Assembly (NCBI GenBank): GCA_003250375.1
Contig: QKGR01000053.1
Location: 1 to 37,669 of the forward strand
Direction: 5' to 3'
DNA length: 37,669 nucleotides
Source of the DNA: Candidatus Shapirobacteria bacterium
GTDB lineage: Bacteria > Patescibacteriota > Microgenomatia > UBA12405
Shown here: piece after piece, positions 18,068 through 27,372 of the stretch
Layout: every line of letters begins with the position of its first letter
Position numbering within the stretch: position 1 is the first letter of the stretch
Position numbers and translations under genes: made by a program
Notes under the pieces: generated by a model
The model's database searches: none
What the model was told of the DNA's origin: nothing
What the model saw: the letters and a program-made list of their open reading frames with translations, nothing else

Positions 18068-19074
18068 AACAATTGGACAATATCGCCTTGTTTTAGACCG
18101 CTAATAATTTCAACCTCTTTGGCATCTGTGAAACCAGTTTCAACTTGTGTCTTTTGGATTTGATTATTGAGAACAAGGTTGACATATGAGAAGCCAGAGT
18201 CTCGATAAACGGCCTGGTTGGGAACAATAAGGATATTGTTCTGTTGTTTGGTGGTGAAAATAATTTGACCACTCATACCGTCGAGTAAATTATATGAAAG
18301 AGGATCGGTGATAGTAGCCTTAATTTTGTAGGTAGCAAGACCATTGGTGTCGATACTAGCTAAATTGGAAATAAAATCTGTTTGAGCGGGAAAGGTGACA
18401 TTGGGAATAGAATCGATTTTTACCGAAACTTGTTGGTCGGAATTAATTTTGAGAACTTCAGTATCCTCAGCCATGGCTTCGAAATAGATGGAACCAGGAG
18501 TGGTAATTGTAAGGACAGGAGTGGAGCTTTGAGTGTTGGTAGTTTCAGCTTCTTTAATATTTATAGCAGAAACAAGACCCTCGATTGGGGCATATAGATA
18601 GGATTCTTTGAGGGCAATATTTCTTAGATCGACATCGAACACGGCCTTGTCGAGATTGTACTGATTGTTGTCCAAAGCACGACGAATAGTGTCGGTAATG
18701 ATTTCGTCGGCGTAGGTAACTTGGGAAGTTTGGTCGAAATTATTACGAGCGATCATGTAGTCCTTGAGAGTGCGGTCGAGATTTTTTTGAACATCTTGAG
18801 TGTCCAAAGCGATTAGAAGCTGACCTTTCTTTACTAATTGTCCTTCTTTGACAGCTATTTTGGAAACTTTTCCGTTGACAGTGAATTTGAGGTCACGACG
18901 ATCGATGGAAGTGGAACCATCGATAGCAAATGCAATCTTGAGATCGCCACGTCTAACCGTGGCAGTTTGAAGTTCTGATGTGTTGGAAGTGGAGCGAGAC
19001 TGACGGAAATAGAAGTATGGTGGAATTGATAAAATAATCAAAATGGTGATAATAACGGCAACTTTTATTTTCAT
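18064..19074 (-). CDS. MacA/HlyD-like efflux adaptor (membrane fusion protein)
   Basis: N-terminal TM, lipoyl halves VNGKVSKIAVKEGQLVKKGQLL and APIEGLV, C-terminal EIISGLKQGD. Confidence 0.9.
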   Translation of the reverse strand: MKIKVAVIITILIILSIPPYFYFRQSRSTSNTSELQTATVRRGDLKIAFAIDGSTSIDRRDLKFTVNGKVSKIAVKEGQLVKKGQLLIALDTQDVQKNLDRTLKDYMIARNNFDQTSQVTYADEIITDTIRRALDNNQYNLDKAVFDVDLRNIALKESYLYAPIEGLVSAINIKEAETTNTQSSTPVLTITTPGSIYFEAMAEDTEVLKINSDQQVSVKIDSIPNVTFPAQTDFISNLASIDTNGLATYKIKATITDPLSYNLLDGMSGQIIFTTKQQNNILIVPNQAVYRDSGFSYVNLVLNNQIQKTQVETGFTDAKEVEIISGLKQGDIVQLL

Positions 19075-19075
19075 A

Positions 19076-19543
19076 TTATTCCGAAACACCTTTAACTTTG
19101 ACCACTTCTATTGATGAGTTGGATTGCCAAATGGAAAGATAAACACCTTTTCTAATTTCGGATAGGACAGATTTTAGATTGGAACCGGAGGCATCCCCAG
19201 AACCTTTTAAGATGAGAGTGCCAACAGGAATAGTAATATTGAGGTTTTGCTTTTCAACATTACTTGATTCGGAAAGTTTTAGAGCTTGGCGTTCTTCTTG
19301 AGTTAGTTGCTGGCGACGAGCTTTTTCTTCGTCGGTGATTTGTTTTAGTCCTAGTTCATTGGCGATAGTAAGTTGATTACCTTCAATACTGATGACATAA
19401 CCGTTTATCTCAGCTTGACGCTCGGGTGTTGTTAGTGAGGATTCGGAGACTGACGATGAACTATTTTGGGTAGGGCGAAAAAAATACCAAGAAGCAACGA
19501 GAACGACCGGAATGAGAATAATTAGAGGAATTAGTTTTTTCAT
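19076..19543 (-). CDS. Single-TM hypothetical protein leading the MacAB-like operon
   Basis: 155 aa with an N-terminal anchor and OB-like EINGYVISIEGNQLTI. Stop lies 1 nt before the adaptor ATG. Confidence 0.75.
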   Translation of the reverse strand: MKKLIPLIILIPVVLVASWYFFRPTQNSSSSVSESSLTTPERQAEINGYVISIEGNQLTIANELGLKQITDEEKARRQQLTQEERQALKLSESSNVEKQNLNITIPVGTLILKGSGDASGSNLKSVLSEIRKGVYLSIWQSNSSIEVVKVKGVSE

Positions 19544-19550
19544 ATATTAA

Positions 19551-19580
19551 TAATACCAATGATGCTTAGTTTTTCTTTCA
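19551..19580 (-). promoter_or_regulatory. Putative ECF-sigma promoter TGAAAGAAAAA-N13-GTATTA
   Basis: Second copy of the 959-988 motif, 7 nt before ATG 19543. Confidence 0.6.
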
Positions 19581-19655
19581 AAATATAAATGAGCAATTTG
19601 AAGTTGGATAAATCAGTAAAAGGGACATGTGGCATATGGTAGAATTTATTCGGAA

Positions 19656-20273
19656 ATGAAGACTATTTATTTTGTACGACACGGGGTAACAAATCAGGGT
19701 GAGAGTAATTTTAACCAGATGGATAATGAGCCATTGAGTGAAAAAGGGAGACAACAGGCCAAAGCTATAGGGAAGAGATTTGAGAGTATCAAAATAGATA
19801 AGGTAGTGACTAGTCCAATGGAGAGAGCAATGGAAACAGCCAAAGAAATTGCGACTGAGATTGAAATTAGTCCATTGTTTGCGGAAATAAGAAAACCGAA
19901 AAATTTAATTGGGAGATCGAAAGATGAGCCTGAAGTAGGAGAAATATTGGGAAAAATTGAGGAAATGATTTTGAAGGACCCGGGCTGGCACTATGATGAT
20001 GAGGAGAATTTTTTTGATGTAAAAGACAGAGGATTGGAGGCTTTGGAATATTTGGAAAATTTGGATGAAGAAAATGTGGTGGTAGTGGCTCATGCAAGGA
20101 TGATTACGATACTGGTAGGACTAATGATGTTTGGGAAAGAATTTTCTCCTGAATTACTGGTAAAATTTAAAAGCTTTTTTAGGATGGGAAATACCGGGAT
20201 AACAGTGTGTAATTTAAATGAAGGTAAATGGAAATTGTTCTGCTGGAACGATCGAAGCCACTGGATGGAATAG
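19656..20273 (+). CDS. Histidine phosphatase (PGM/CobC family)
   Basis: IYFVRHG, SPMERAMETA, VVAH, WNDRSH. Confidence 0.9.
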   Translation: MKTIYFVRHGVTNQGESNFNQMDNEPLSEKGRQQAKAIGKRFESIKIDKVVTSPMERAMETAKEIATEIEISPLFAEIRKPKNLIGRSKDEPEVGEILGKIEEMILKDPGWHYDDEENFFDVKDRGLEALEYLENLDEENVVVVAHARMITILVGLMMFGKEFSPELLVKFKSFFRMGNTGITVCNLNEGKWKLFCWNDRSHWME

Positions 20274-20296
20274 AACTGGTATGATTAATTTATAAA

Positions 20297-20887
20297 ATGA
20301 GAAAACTGGGAATATTGATTACGGTATTGGTGGTGATAAATATTTTGGTGATGGATGTGGTGCTGGTGAATTTGTGGAACAGACCAAATCAGATTGAGAC
20401 GAAGACAATTGTGGAAACAAAAATAATTAGTCAGGAGACGAATACAAGCCCGACGCCTTCAATTAAAGTTAGCCCTACAAAGAAAATGGAGGTTGACTCC
20501 CCTATTTTGTCGAAGACAAAAAGTGTGGCAGTAGTTCCGATTCCAGGAAGCGGGGAGACAAAGGAAAATAATTGGACGAATGTGTATGGATCGGAATTTT
20601 ATTTTGATAGCGAGGATTATCCGGGGATGAGCGAGGCCTATTGGGAGGCAAATTTGAAATTGTTTAATGGAAACGGAAAGGCGTTTGCTAGGTTGTTTGA
20701 TATTACGGCGGGGATTGAAGTATGGGGAAGTGAAATTTATAGTGAAAGCCAAAATTATGAGGCGGTAAAATCGGGAAAAATTAGCCTAAGACCAGGAAAT
20801 AGACTCTACCGGGTACAACTAAAAAGCCTGACGGCCGATACGACGGTGTATAACTTTGGAACAATAAAAATAGTGTCGCTAAACTAA
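20297..20887 (+). CDS. Membrane-anchored hypothetical protein
   Basis: N-terminal TM, Thr/Pro linker and a beta-rich domain. Confidence 0.75.
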   Translation: MRKLGILITVLVVINILVMDVVLVNLWNRPNQIETKTIVETKIISQETNTSPTPSIKVSPTKKMEVDSPILSKTKSVAVVPIPGSGETKENNWTNVYGSEFYFDSEDYPGMSEAYWEANLKLFNGNGKAFARLFDITAGIEVWGSEIYSESQNYEAVKSGKISLRPGNRLYRVQLKSLTADTTVYNFGTIKIVSLN

Positions 20888-21601
20888 CTATTGATTGGAT
20901 TGAGGGAAGAGCTTTAGAACCCAACCAAAAAGTCCGTTGACTTTGTTTTCTTTATCGATTTTATTTTGGAGAGAGGTGTTCTGATAGAGCATTAAATCGA
21001 TAGTAAGCTGGAGCTGTTCAAGCTCGGATTTGTTTTTGGTTTGAGTTTTGAGCTGTTCGAGCTGTTGGATAGTTTGTTGATTTTGTTCAATTTTCTGCTC
21101 AAGAGACTTGGTGACTTTTTTGTCGGAACCAAGAAGAGCTTTGACTAAGGAGCTTCGAGAATTGAGAGCATCAAAATCAGTTTTGATTTGAGATTGAAGC
21201 TGGGAATGAGCTTGAGCAATATCACTAACTTGCTGACCAATGCCACCCTTGGCACCAACAGTGTCGATGAGTTCTTGGACTTGAGTGGACACTTTGGAGA
21301 AACTTTCGGTGACAGCTTGATTTAGTTGCTCTGATTCTTGAGTTTGAACTGAAAGCTGTTGTTCTTCGCCCTGATTCTGGGTTTTAACTTGATTTTGATT
21401 CTCAACTTGAGAGCCTGAAGGAGAGGTGGAAGTGGCAGGGCTGCTTTTGGGGGCAGTAGTGGACTTAGGGGCAGTGGTGGCCTGGACTTGGCTTGAAGGT
21501 TGCTGTTGGGAGGCGGGCTGAGATGTGGCTTGATCGGATTTGGCGGAGACAGGAAGAGCAATTAATAAAAAGAGAAAAGAGAGAACGAGGTATTTTTTCA
21601 T
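20888..21601 (-). CDS. Secreted Gln/Ser-rich coiled-coil protein
   Basis: Signal peptide ending VSA, repeat TTAPKS x2, GGIGQQV, C-terminal GLFGW. Confidence 0.8.
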   Translation of the reverse strand: MKKYLVLSFLFLLIALPVSAKSDQATSQPASQQQPSSQVQATTAPKSTTAPKSSPATSTSPSGSQVENQNQVKTQNQGEEQQLSVQTQESEQLNQAVTESFSKVSTQVQELIDTVGAKGGIGQQVSDIAQAHSQLQSQIKTDFDALNSRSSLVKALLGSDKKVTKSLEQKIEQNQQTIQQLEQLKTQTKNKSELEQLQLTIDLMLYQNTSLQNKIDKENKVNGLFGWVLKLFPQSNQ

Positions 21602-21730
21602 TTTCGAGGTTGGGTGAACAAATAATTAGTTGGTAATAAAATATTACACCCAGAAAGCGTAAGGTCAAAATTTATGGGATATGCCAAGAGACTTCAGTTT
21701 GTTTTCAGGATTAATTTATAAATTAAATTA

Positions 21731-21796
21731 ATGAAAGACAAAATTGTATTACTATTGGTAACAATGGCTTACTGCGGGGTAATGATAGCAATGTAG
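21731..21796 (+). CDS. Possible 21-aa hydrophobic mini-protein (MKDKIVLLLVTMAYCGVMIAM)
   Basis: ATG...TAG frame read by hand from the intergenic region. It has a single-TM-like composition. Confidence 0.25.
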   Translation: MKDKIVLLLVTMAYCGVMIAM

Positions 21797-21816
21797 TAAT
21801 AGTGTAGAATTAATTA

Positions 21817-22296
21817 ATGAAAGAAAGTAATCAAAATAACGAATGGATGAAATATGTTGAGCAAATTGAGACTAGTCTTGAGGAAATTTTTGGGAAGAAA
21901 GCGCCAGAAATGCCCAAAAAAGCGAAAGAAGTAATTGTGGAAATTAGTCCATACTTGGTGGTACTAATGCTGCTTCTTAGCTTGCCGGGAATATTGGCAT
22001 TATTTGGAATCGGTACATATATGACATCCTGGATGCATATGGGGTATGGATTTGGAAATATATTTAGATTTAATGTTTTGATTAATTTGGTGGTGAGCGG
22101 AGTGGTAGTAGTGATGACTTTGATGGCAGTGCCAGGAATGTTTAAAAAAGAAAAGAGGGCCTGGAAATTGATGTTCTGGCTAAGCTTAGTGTCGGCAGTA
22201 GGAGCATTGTTAAGATTGGATTTGGGTTCGCTGATAATAGGCTCAGCTTTAAGTTGGTATGTGCTGTTCCAAATAAAAAGCTACTATAAGAACTGA
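21817..22296 (+). CDS. Hypothetical membrane protein (about 4 TM)
   Basis: 159 aa ending WYVLFQIKSYYK. TAGAAT lies 6 nt upstream of the ATG. Confidence 0.8.
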   Translation: MKESNQNNEWMKYVEQIETSLEEIFGKKAPEMPKKAKEVIVEISPYLVVLMLLLSLPGILALFGIGTYMTSWMHMGYGFGNIFRFNVLINLVVSGVVVVMTLMAVPGMFKKEKRAWKLMFWLSLVSAVGALLRLDLGSLIIGSALSWYVLFQIKSYYKN

Positions 22297-22327
22297 CGAA
22301 GGTTTTTTTGACTGATAAAATTATTGG

Positions 22328-22858
22328 GTGAGCGGAAATGTAATTGACGATTCTGTGTATGAGTGGATTTTGGGAATTAGAAATCCAGTATTGACGGAAA
22401 TATTTAGAGTAATTACACATTTGGGTGATTGGAAAACAATACTGGTACTTGGACTGGTGTGGGCTGGTTTTATGACATTTTGGGGAGAAAAAAAGAAGGC
22501 GATAAGCTTGGTACTAATCTATGTGGTAGCAATTGGAGTGAATGAAATTTTGAAAGCGATGATTGGAAGAGGAAGACCACCGATTGAGGAAGCGTTGGTA
22601 CTGGCAAGCAGAAATTCATTTCCGAGTGGACATGCTGTGTTTTCGGTTTTCTTTTTTGGAAGACTGATTGATTATTGGGAGGAGAAAGTTAAAAGCAAAT
22701 ATAAAGTTGTTTTGAAGATATTAGGGGCAGGACTAATAATGGGAATAATTTTTTCGAGATTATATTTGGGAGTGCATTGGTTGAGCGATGTGGTGGGAGG
22801 AGCAATGTTGGGGCTAATTTGGTTTTGGATGTCGAAAAAGGTGGCAGAAACGGACTAA
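22328..22858 (+). CDS. PAP2 family phosphatase (undecaprenyl-PP/lipid phosphatase-like)
   Basis: KAMIGRGRP, SFPSGH, SRLYLGVHWLSDV. Confidence 0.92.
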   Translation: MSGNVIDDSVYEWILGIRNPVLTEIFRVITHLGDWKTILVLGLVWAGFMTFWGEKKKAISLVLIYVVAIGVNEILKAMIGRGRPPIEEALVLASRNSFPSGHAVFSVFFFGRLIDYWEEKVKSKYKVVLKILGAGLIMGIIFSRLYLGVHWLSDVVGGAMLGLIWFWMSKKVAETD

Positions 22859-22911
22859 AATGAAATTGAATATTGTATTGCTGTTGGGAAAAGAATAGAA
22901 TATTATTTCCA

Positions 22912-24654
22912 ATGAAACAAATTATTAAGTTTTACCAATTTTTGGGGAAATATAAGGGCCGGATGGCGGTCTTTTTGCTGGTGGGTTCGATTGGGATGGC
23001 ATTGGAAACAATTAGGCCTTATTGGCTAAAAGAAATATTGGACGCAACCGGAAGCGGAGACAGAGAAAAAACATTGGTATTTTTTGGATTATTTGGAGTG
23101 TCGGTGGTGATTGCCAACTGGATTAATTCATTGTCGTATTATTTGGGAGATAAGGTACTAATTCCCCTATCGAGAGAAATTCGAGAAACTGTATTTGAAA
23201 AGATAATGGAGCTTGATTTTGCCTACCATGTGGATAAAAATACCGGGTCGCTGATTAGCGCCTTCCGAAGAGGTGATGGGTCGGTGTACAGTATTTTTGA
23301 CAGTATTCACCATGAATTATTTAGAGTGGTAGTGAGCTTGGTGATTACTTTGTGGTTTTTGTTTAGCGCTTCGGCAGAAATGGGATGGCTGATGATTGTG
23401 GTGTTTGTGGTGAATTTGGCAATTATTTGGTGGTTGGTGAAAATGAATTTGGGAGCCAGAAAGGAATTTAATGATTCGGAAGACGCAGTAGCTGGAGTGA
23501 TTGCCGATGGAATGATTAATTATGAGACAGTGAAATTTTTTGCGGCAGAAAGAAAGGAAAGAAGAAGATTGTCGGAAAAATTTGATGTGTGGTCGGTGAA
23601 ATTCTGGAGATTTGCCAATTCATTTAGAGTAATGGATATTGTGATTAGCAGCTGCGCAGGCGGCGGGATGTTGGTAATTTTGTGGTTGGCAATTGAGAAA
23701 GTAGGAAAAGGATTTGAAGTGAATGATTTGGTGATGATTTCGGGATTTATTTTGGGATTCTATTGGCAATTTTTTAATCTGTTTTTCAGAATAAGGGATA
23801 TTGCTAAAAACTTGACTGATATGGAGAAATATTTTGGAATTTTGGACAACGAAACTCAAGTGAAAGATCCGAAAAAAGAAGCTAAGCTTGGGAAAGTGCG
23901 CGGAGAAATTCGCTTGGAAAATATTGGATTTAAATATCCAAAAAATAGAGACAAAATTTTGGATGGAATTAATTTGGTAATTAAACCAGGAGAAAAGATT
24001 GCTTTTGTGGGGCGATCGGGAGCAGGTAAGACAACTTTAACCAAACTATTGTTGAGATTTTATGATCCGAGCGCGGGAGTGGTAAAACTTGATGGGGTTG
24101 ATATTCGAAAAATTAAGAAAAGTACCTTGAGATCGTATGTGGGAGTGGTGCCACAAGAACCAATTATGTTTAACAATACAATTAAATTTAATTTGGCATA
24201 TGGAAATGATGGAGCGGAAATGGCAGAAATTGAGGAAGCAGCAAGAAAGGCAAATATTTTGGAGTTTGTGGATCATTTGCCCGACGGCTGGGAGACTCAG
24301 GTGGGTGAAAGAGGAATTAAACTGTCGGGTGGCCAAAAACAAAGATTGGCAATTGCCAGAGCGCTGTTGGCCAAGCCAAAGATTTTAATTTTTGACGAAG
24401 CAACTTCTAACCTCGACTCGGAGTCGGAAAAGAAAATTCAGGCAGCTTTGGAAGAGGCCGGAAAAGACAGGACAGTAATTATTATTGCCCACAGATTTTC
24501 GACAATTAGGGAGGTAGATAGAATAGTGGTACTGTCGACTGGAGCAATTGCTGAGATGGGTAAACACGATGAATTGATCGAAATGAAGGGAATTTATGCA
24601 AAATTGTGGGAGCTGCAAGCCAAGGGCAAGGCGGTGGATGAAATGATTGTGTAA
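22912..24654 (+). CDS. ABC exporter, fused TMD-NBD (ATM1/MsbA-like)
   Basis: INYETVKFF, GRSGAGKT, GERGIKLSGGQKQR, DEATSNLD. Confidence 0.93.
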   Translation: MKQIIKFYQFLGKYKGRMAVFLLVGSIGMALETIRPYWLKEILDATGSGDREKTLVFFGLFGVSVVIANWINSLSYYLGDKVLIPLSREIRETVFEKIMELDFAYHVDKNTGSLISAFRRGDGSVYSIFDSIHHELFRVVVSLVITLWFLFSASAEMGWLMIVVFVVNLAIIWWLVKMNLGARKEFNDSEDAVAGVIADGMINYETVKFFAAERKERRRLSEKFDVWSVKFWRFANSFRVMDIVISSCAGGGMLVILWLAIEKVGKGFEVNDLVMISGFILGFYWQFFNLFFRIRDIAKNLTDMEKYFGILDNETQVKDPKKEAKLGKVRGEIRLENIGFKYPKNRDKILDGINLVIKPGEKIAFVGRSGAGKTTLTKLLLRFYDPSAGVVKLDGVDIRKIKKSTLRSYVGVVPQEPIMFNNTIKFNLAYGNDGAEMAEIEEAARKANILEFVDHLPDGWETQVGERGIKLSGGQKQRLAIARALLAKPKILIFDEATSNLDSESEKKIQAALEEAGKDRTVIIIAHRFSTIREVDRIVVLSTGAIAEMGKHDELIEMKGIYAKLWELQAKGKAVDEMIV

Positions 24655-24700
24655 TTTGAATGGAAGCTTGGGAATTATTTTTTGATACAATGATAGATGT

Positions 24701-26167
24701 ATGATTCTAGTGAGAGATTTATCTTACAATTATGGGCTAGAGCCGATTTTTAAGTCGGCTAGTTTTACGGTGACTTTTGGAAGTAAGGTAGGATTGGTGG
24801 GAACAAACGGATCGGGAAAATCGACTTTGTTTAGAATATTGGCAGGAGAAATTGATGAAGACCAAGGAAGGATTGAAATATCGGGAAAGGTAATTCTGGT
24901 ACCACAGGAAGTGAAGCAGGATGAAGAAATGGAGAATGCCAAGACTATTCGGGAATATTTAAATAGTAGAGGCGGTAAAAAAGAAGATTATGAGATGCGA
25001 AGAATTATGGCCGGACTTGATTTGGATGTATTTGACTTGGAGCATTCGCCCAAGGAAATGTCGGGGGGACAAAAAACCAGATTGGCAATTGCCAGAGGCT
25101 TGATTTCTGAACCAAATATTCTACTGTTGGATGAACCAACAAACTTTTTGGATGCTAAGGGAAAAAACTGGGTGATGCAGTATGTGGGAAAATGCAAAAA
25201 TACAGTGATTGTGGTGTCGCATGATTTGGATTTGTTGGATAAGGATATTGATAAGGTGCTGTTTATTAATAAAAATGAGAAAAGTATTGAAGAATACAAT
25301 GGAAATTATTCGGCATTTGTACGACAGAAGGAAGAAGAGGAAGCGCTGCAAATAAAAAATGTGTCGGAGCAGAAGAAGAAAATAACAGCAATGAAAAAGG
25401 GTTATACCAAAATTTCGAACGCAACATCGGAAAAAGGTGTGAGGCAAAAACTTCAATTAAAAAGAAGAATTGAAGCGATGGAAGAAAAATTGCCGTCGAT
25501 GCCAATTGAGGCAAAGAAAATTCGAGTTAAACTACCGGAACCAGATTGGATTGGTGAAATTCCTTTGATGATGGAGCATATTTGTAAATCGTACGGGAAA
25601 AAGAAGGTACTGGAAGAGGTAAATTTTGATATTAAGAGAGGAGAAAGAATTGCTTTGGTGGGAGAAAACGGAGCGGGAAAATCGACTTTAATTAAAATTA
25701 TTATGGGGATGGTTGAGGCAGACTCGGGAGAAATAATTAGCGACGAGAAATTAAAGATTGGCTACTATTCACAAGAATTTGAAACGTTTGATTATAATAA
25801 AACTTTGATTGAAACCTTAAAAGAAAAATGCGATATTGGTGAGACGGAATTGAGATCGCAGTTGGGGCGATTTTTGTTTTCGGGAGACAAGGTATTTCAG
25901 AGAGTGGGATCCTTGTCGGGAGGAGAAAAAACCAGACTGGCAATTGCCTTACTGTTGGTGCAAAAATTTAATCTACTAATTCTTGATGAGCCGACGACCT
26001 ATTTGGATGTAATGTCGCAAAGACTGATTCTGGAGGCATTGAAAATGTATAAAGGGGCGATGATTGTGGTGTCCCATACACCGGAGTTTGTGGAAGAATT
26101 AAATCCGGAAAGGAAGTTCTTGTTACCTGAAAATAAGATGATACTATCGGGGAAAGTGAAGATATAA
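24701..26167 (+). CDS. ABC-F family ATPase
   Basis: Two NBDs (GTNGSGKST, GENGAGKST, SGGQKTR/SGGEKTR, DEPT), no TM, helical interdomain linker. Confidence 0.93.
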   Translation: MILVRDLSYNYGLEPIFKSASFTVTFGSKVGLVGTNGSGKSTLFRILAGEIDEDQGRIEISGKVILVPQEVKQDEEMENAKTIREYLNSRGGKKEDYEMRRIMAGLDLDVFDLEHSPKEMSGGQKTRLAIARGLISEPNILLLDEPTNFLDAKGKNWVMQYVGKCKNTVIVVSHDLDLLDKDIDKVLFINKNEKSIEEYNGNYSAFVRQKEEEEALQIKNVSEQKKKITAMKKGYTKISNATSEKGVRQKLQLKRRIEAMEEKLPSMPIEAKKIRVKLPEPDWIGEIPLMMEHICKSYGKKKVLEEVNFDIKRGERIALVGENGAGKSTLIKIIMGMVEADSGEIISDEKLKIGYYSQEFETFDYNKTLIETLKEKCDIGETELRSQLGRFLFSGDKVFQRVGSLSGGEKTRLAIALLLVQKFNLLILDEPTTYLDVMSQRLILEALKMYKGAMIVVSHTPEFVEELNPERKFLLPENKMILSGKVKI

Positions 26168-26177
26168 GGGTAAGTAC

Positions 26178-26197
26178 TTGACACCCCCCGGGGGTGT
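26178..26197 (+). promoter_or_regulatory. CsoR/CstR-type operator overlapping a TTGACA -35
   Basis: Perfect 8-1-8 palindrome ACACCCCC-C-GGGGGTGT (26181-26197), with TTGACA at 26178-26183. Confidence 0.8.
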
Positions 26198-26214
26198 GTG
26201 ATTAAATATAGAGG

Positions 26215-26454
26215 ATGAAGACATTAGATCAAAGGCTTAATAATATAATCGGCCAATTAGAAGGAGTAAGAAAAATGGTCGAAGCCGACAACAACTGTAT
26301 TGATATATTAACCCAACTAAAGGCGATAAAATCGGCGATTGGTGGGGTGATGAATATGGTAGTAGATGACCAGATCGAAAATTGTCTTCTTGACCTTGAC
26401 GAGAGTCAGAAAAAATTACTAATTAGAATAAAAGATTATGTCAAAACCAATTAA
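26215..26454 (+). CDS. CsoR/RcnR/CstR family repressor
   Basis: RLNNIIGQLEGVRKMVE..C.DILTQLKAIKSAI. Second Cys sits in QIENC, with no His at the -4 position. Confidence 0.9.
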   Translation: MKTLDQRLNNIIGQLEGVRKMVEADNNCIDILTQLKAIKSAIGGVMNMVVDDQIENCLLDLDESQKKLLIRIKDYVKTN

Positions 26455-26773
26455 TGCAAATTCTACAAATTTTGAAGAAGAAGTTTTAAAATCCGAAATA
26501 CCAGTTTTAGTGGACTTTTGGGCACCTTGGTGTACCCCCTGCCAAATGATGGCTCCAGTATTGGAAGAAGTAGCCAGCAGTATGGAAGGAAAAGTGAAGA
26601 TCGTGAAAGTCGACACTGAAGAACCTGGAAATCAGGAATTGGCTTGGAAATACCAAATTATGAGTATTCCAAACATGAAACTATTTTCGAAAGGGCAAAT
26701 CATTAAAGAATTCATTGGGTTCAGACCCAAGGAAATGTTGATGGATGAGCTTGGACAAGTATTGAGCGCGTAA
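26438..26773 (+). CDS. trxA: Thioredoxin
   Basis: VLVDFWAPWCTPC, IMSIPNM. Confidence 0.93.
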   Translation: MSKPINANSTNFEEEVLKSEIPVLVDFWAPWCTPCQMMAPVLEEVASSMEGKVKIVKVDTEEPGNQELAWKYQIMSIPNMKLFSKGQIIKEFIGFRPKEMLMDELGQVLSA

Positions 26774-26795
26774 GCTTTAGAGTATAATAGCAGGC

Positions 26796-27329
26796 ATGAA
26801 ATTATTACTTCATGCCTGCTGTGCTGATTGCACAATAAAATTCTTGGCAGCCAAAGAAGACTTGGAAGTGGAGGTGTATTATTACAATCCAAATATACAT
26901 CCGAGAGCTGAGTATTTGTCGAGATTAAAGGCAATGCAGAAGATTTGTGGTGAGGCTGGTGTAAAACTAATTGTGGCAGACTGGAGCCCGAAAGAATATT
27001 TTGAGGCTCAGAATAGGAAGGGGAATGATAGTAGGGATAAGAAAACAAGATGTCCAAGATGCTGGCAATTGAGATTGGGTAAAACAGCCAAAATAGCAGC
27101 GGAAAATAAGTATGACTATTTCTCCTCTACTCTGGTGAGCTCTGAATATCAGGATAAAGAAACTATTGAAAAAATTGCACAAGAAGAGGCTAAAAAGAAT
27201 GGAATTGAATTTTGGAGGCCGGAAAATGTTGATTGCAAAATGGAGACAAAAGGATTCTACAAACAGTTCTTTTGTGGATGCGTATATTCGCTTCAAGAGA
27301 GAATGGAAGAGAAATATTTGGAAGAGTAA
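26796..27329 (+). CDS. queH: Epoxyqueuosine reductase QueH (DUF208)
   Basis: LLLHACCADC, YNPNIHP, CPRCWQLRL, YKQFFCGCVYS. Confidence 0.88.
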   Translation: MKLLLHACCADCTIKFLAAKEDLEVEVYYYNPNIHPRAEYLSRLKAMQKICGEAGVKLIVADWSPKEYFEAQNRKGNDSRDKKTRCPRCWQLRLGKTAKIAAENKYDYFSSTLVSSEYQDKETIEKIAQEEAKKNGIEFWRPENVDCKMETKGFYKQFFCGCVYSLQERMEEKYLEE

Positions 27330-27372
27330 TTAACCCCTTGCAGATACGTATATCGATGATATTATTTAGTTT

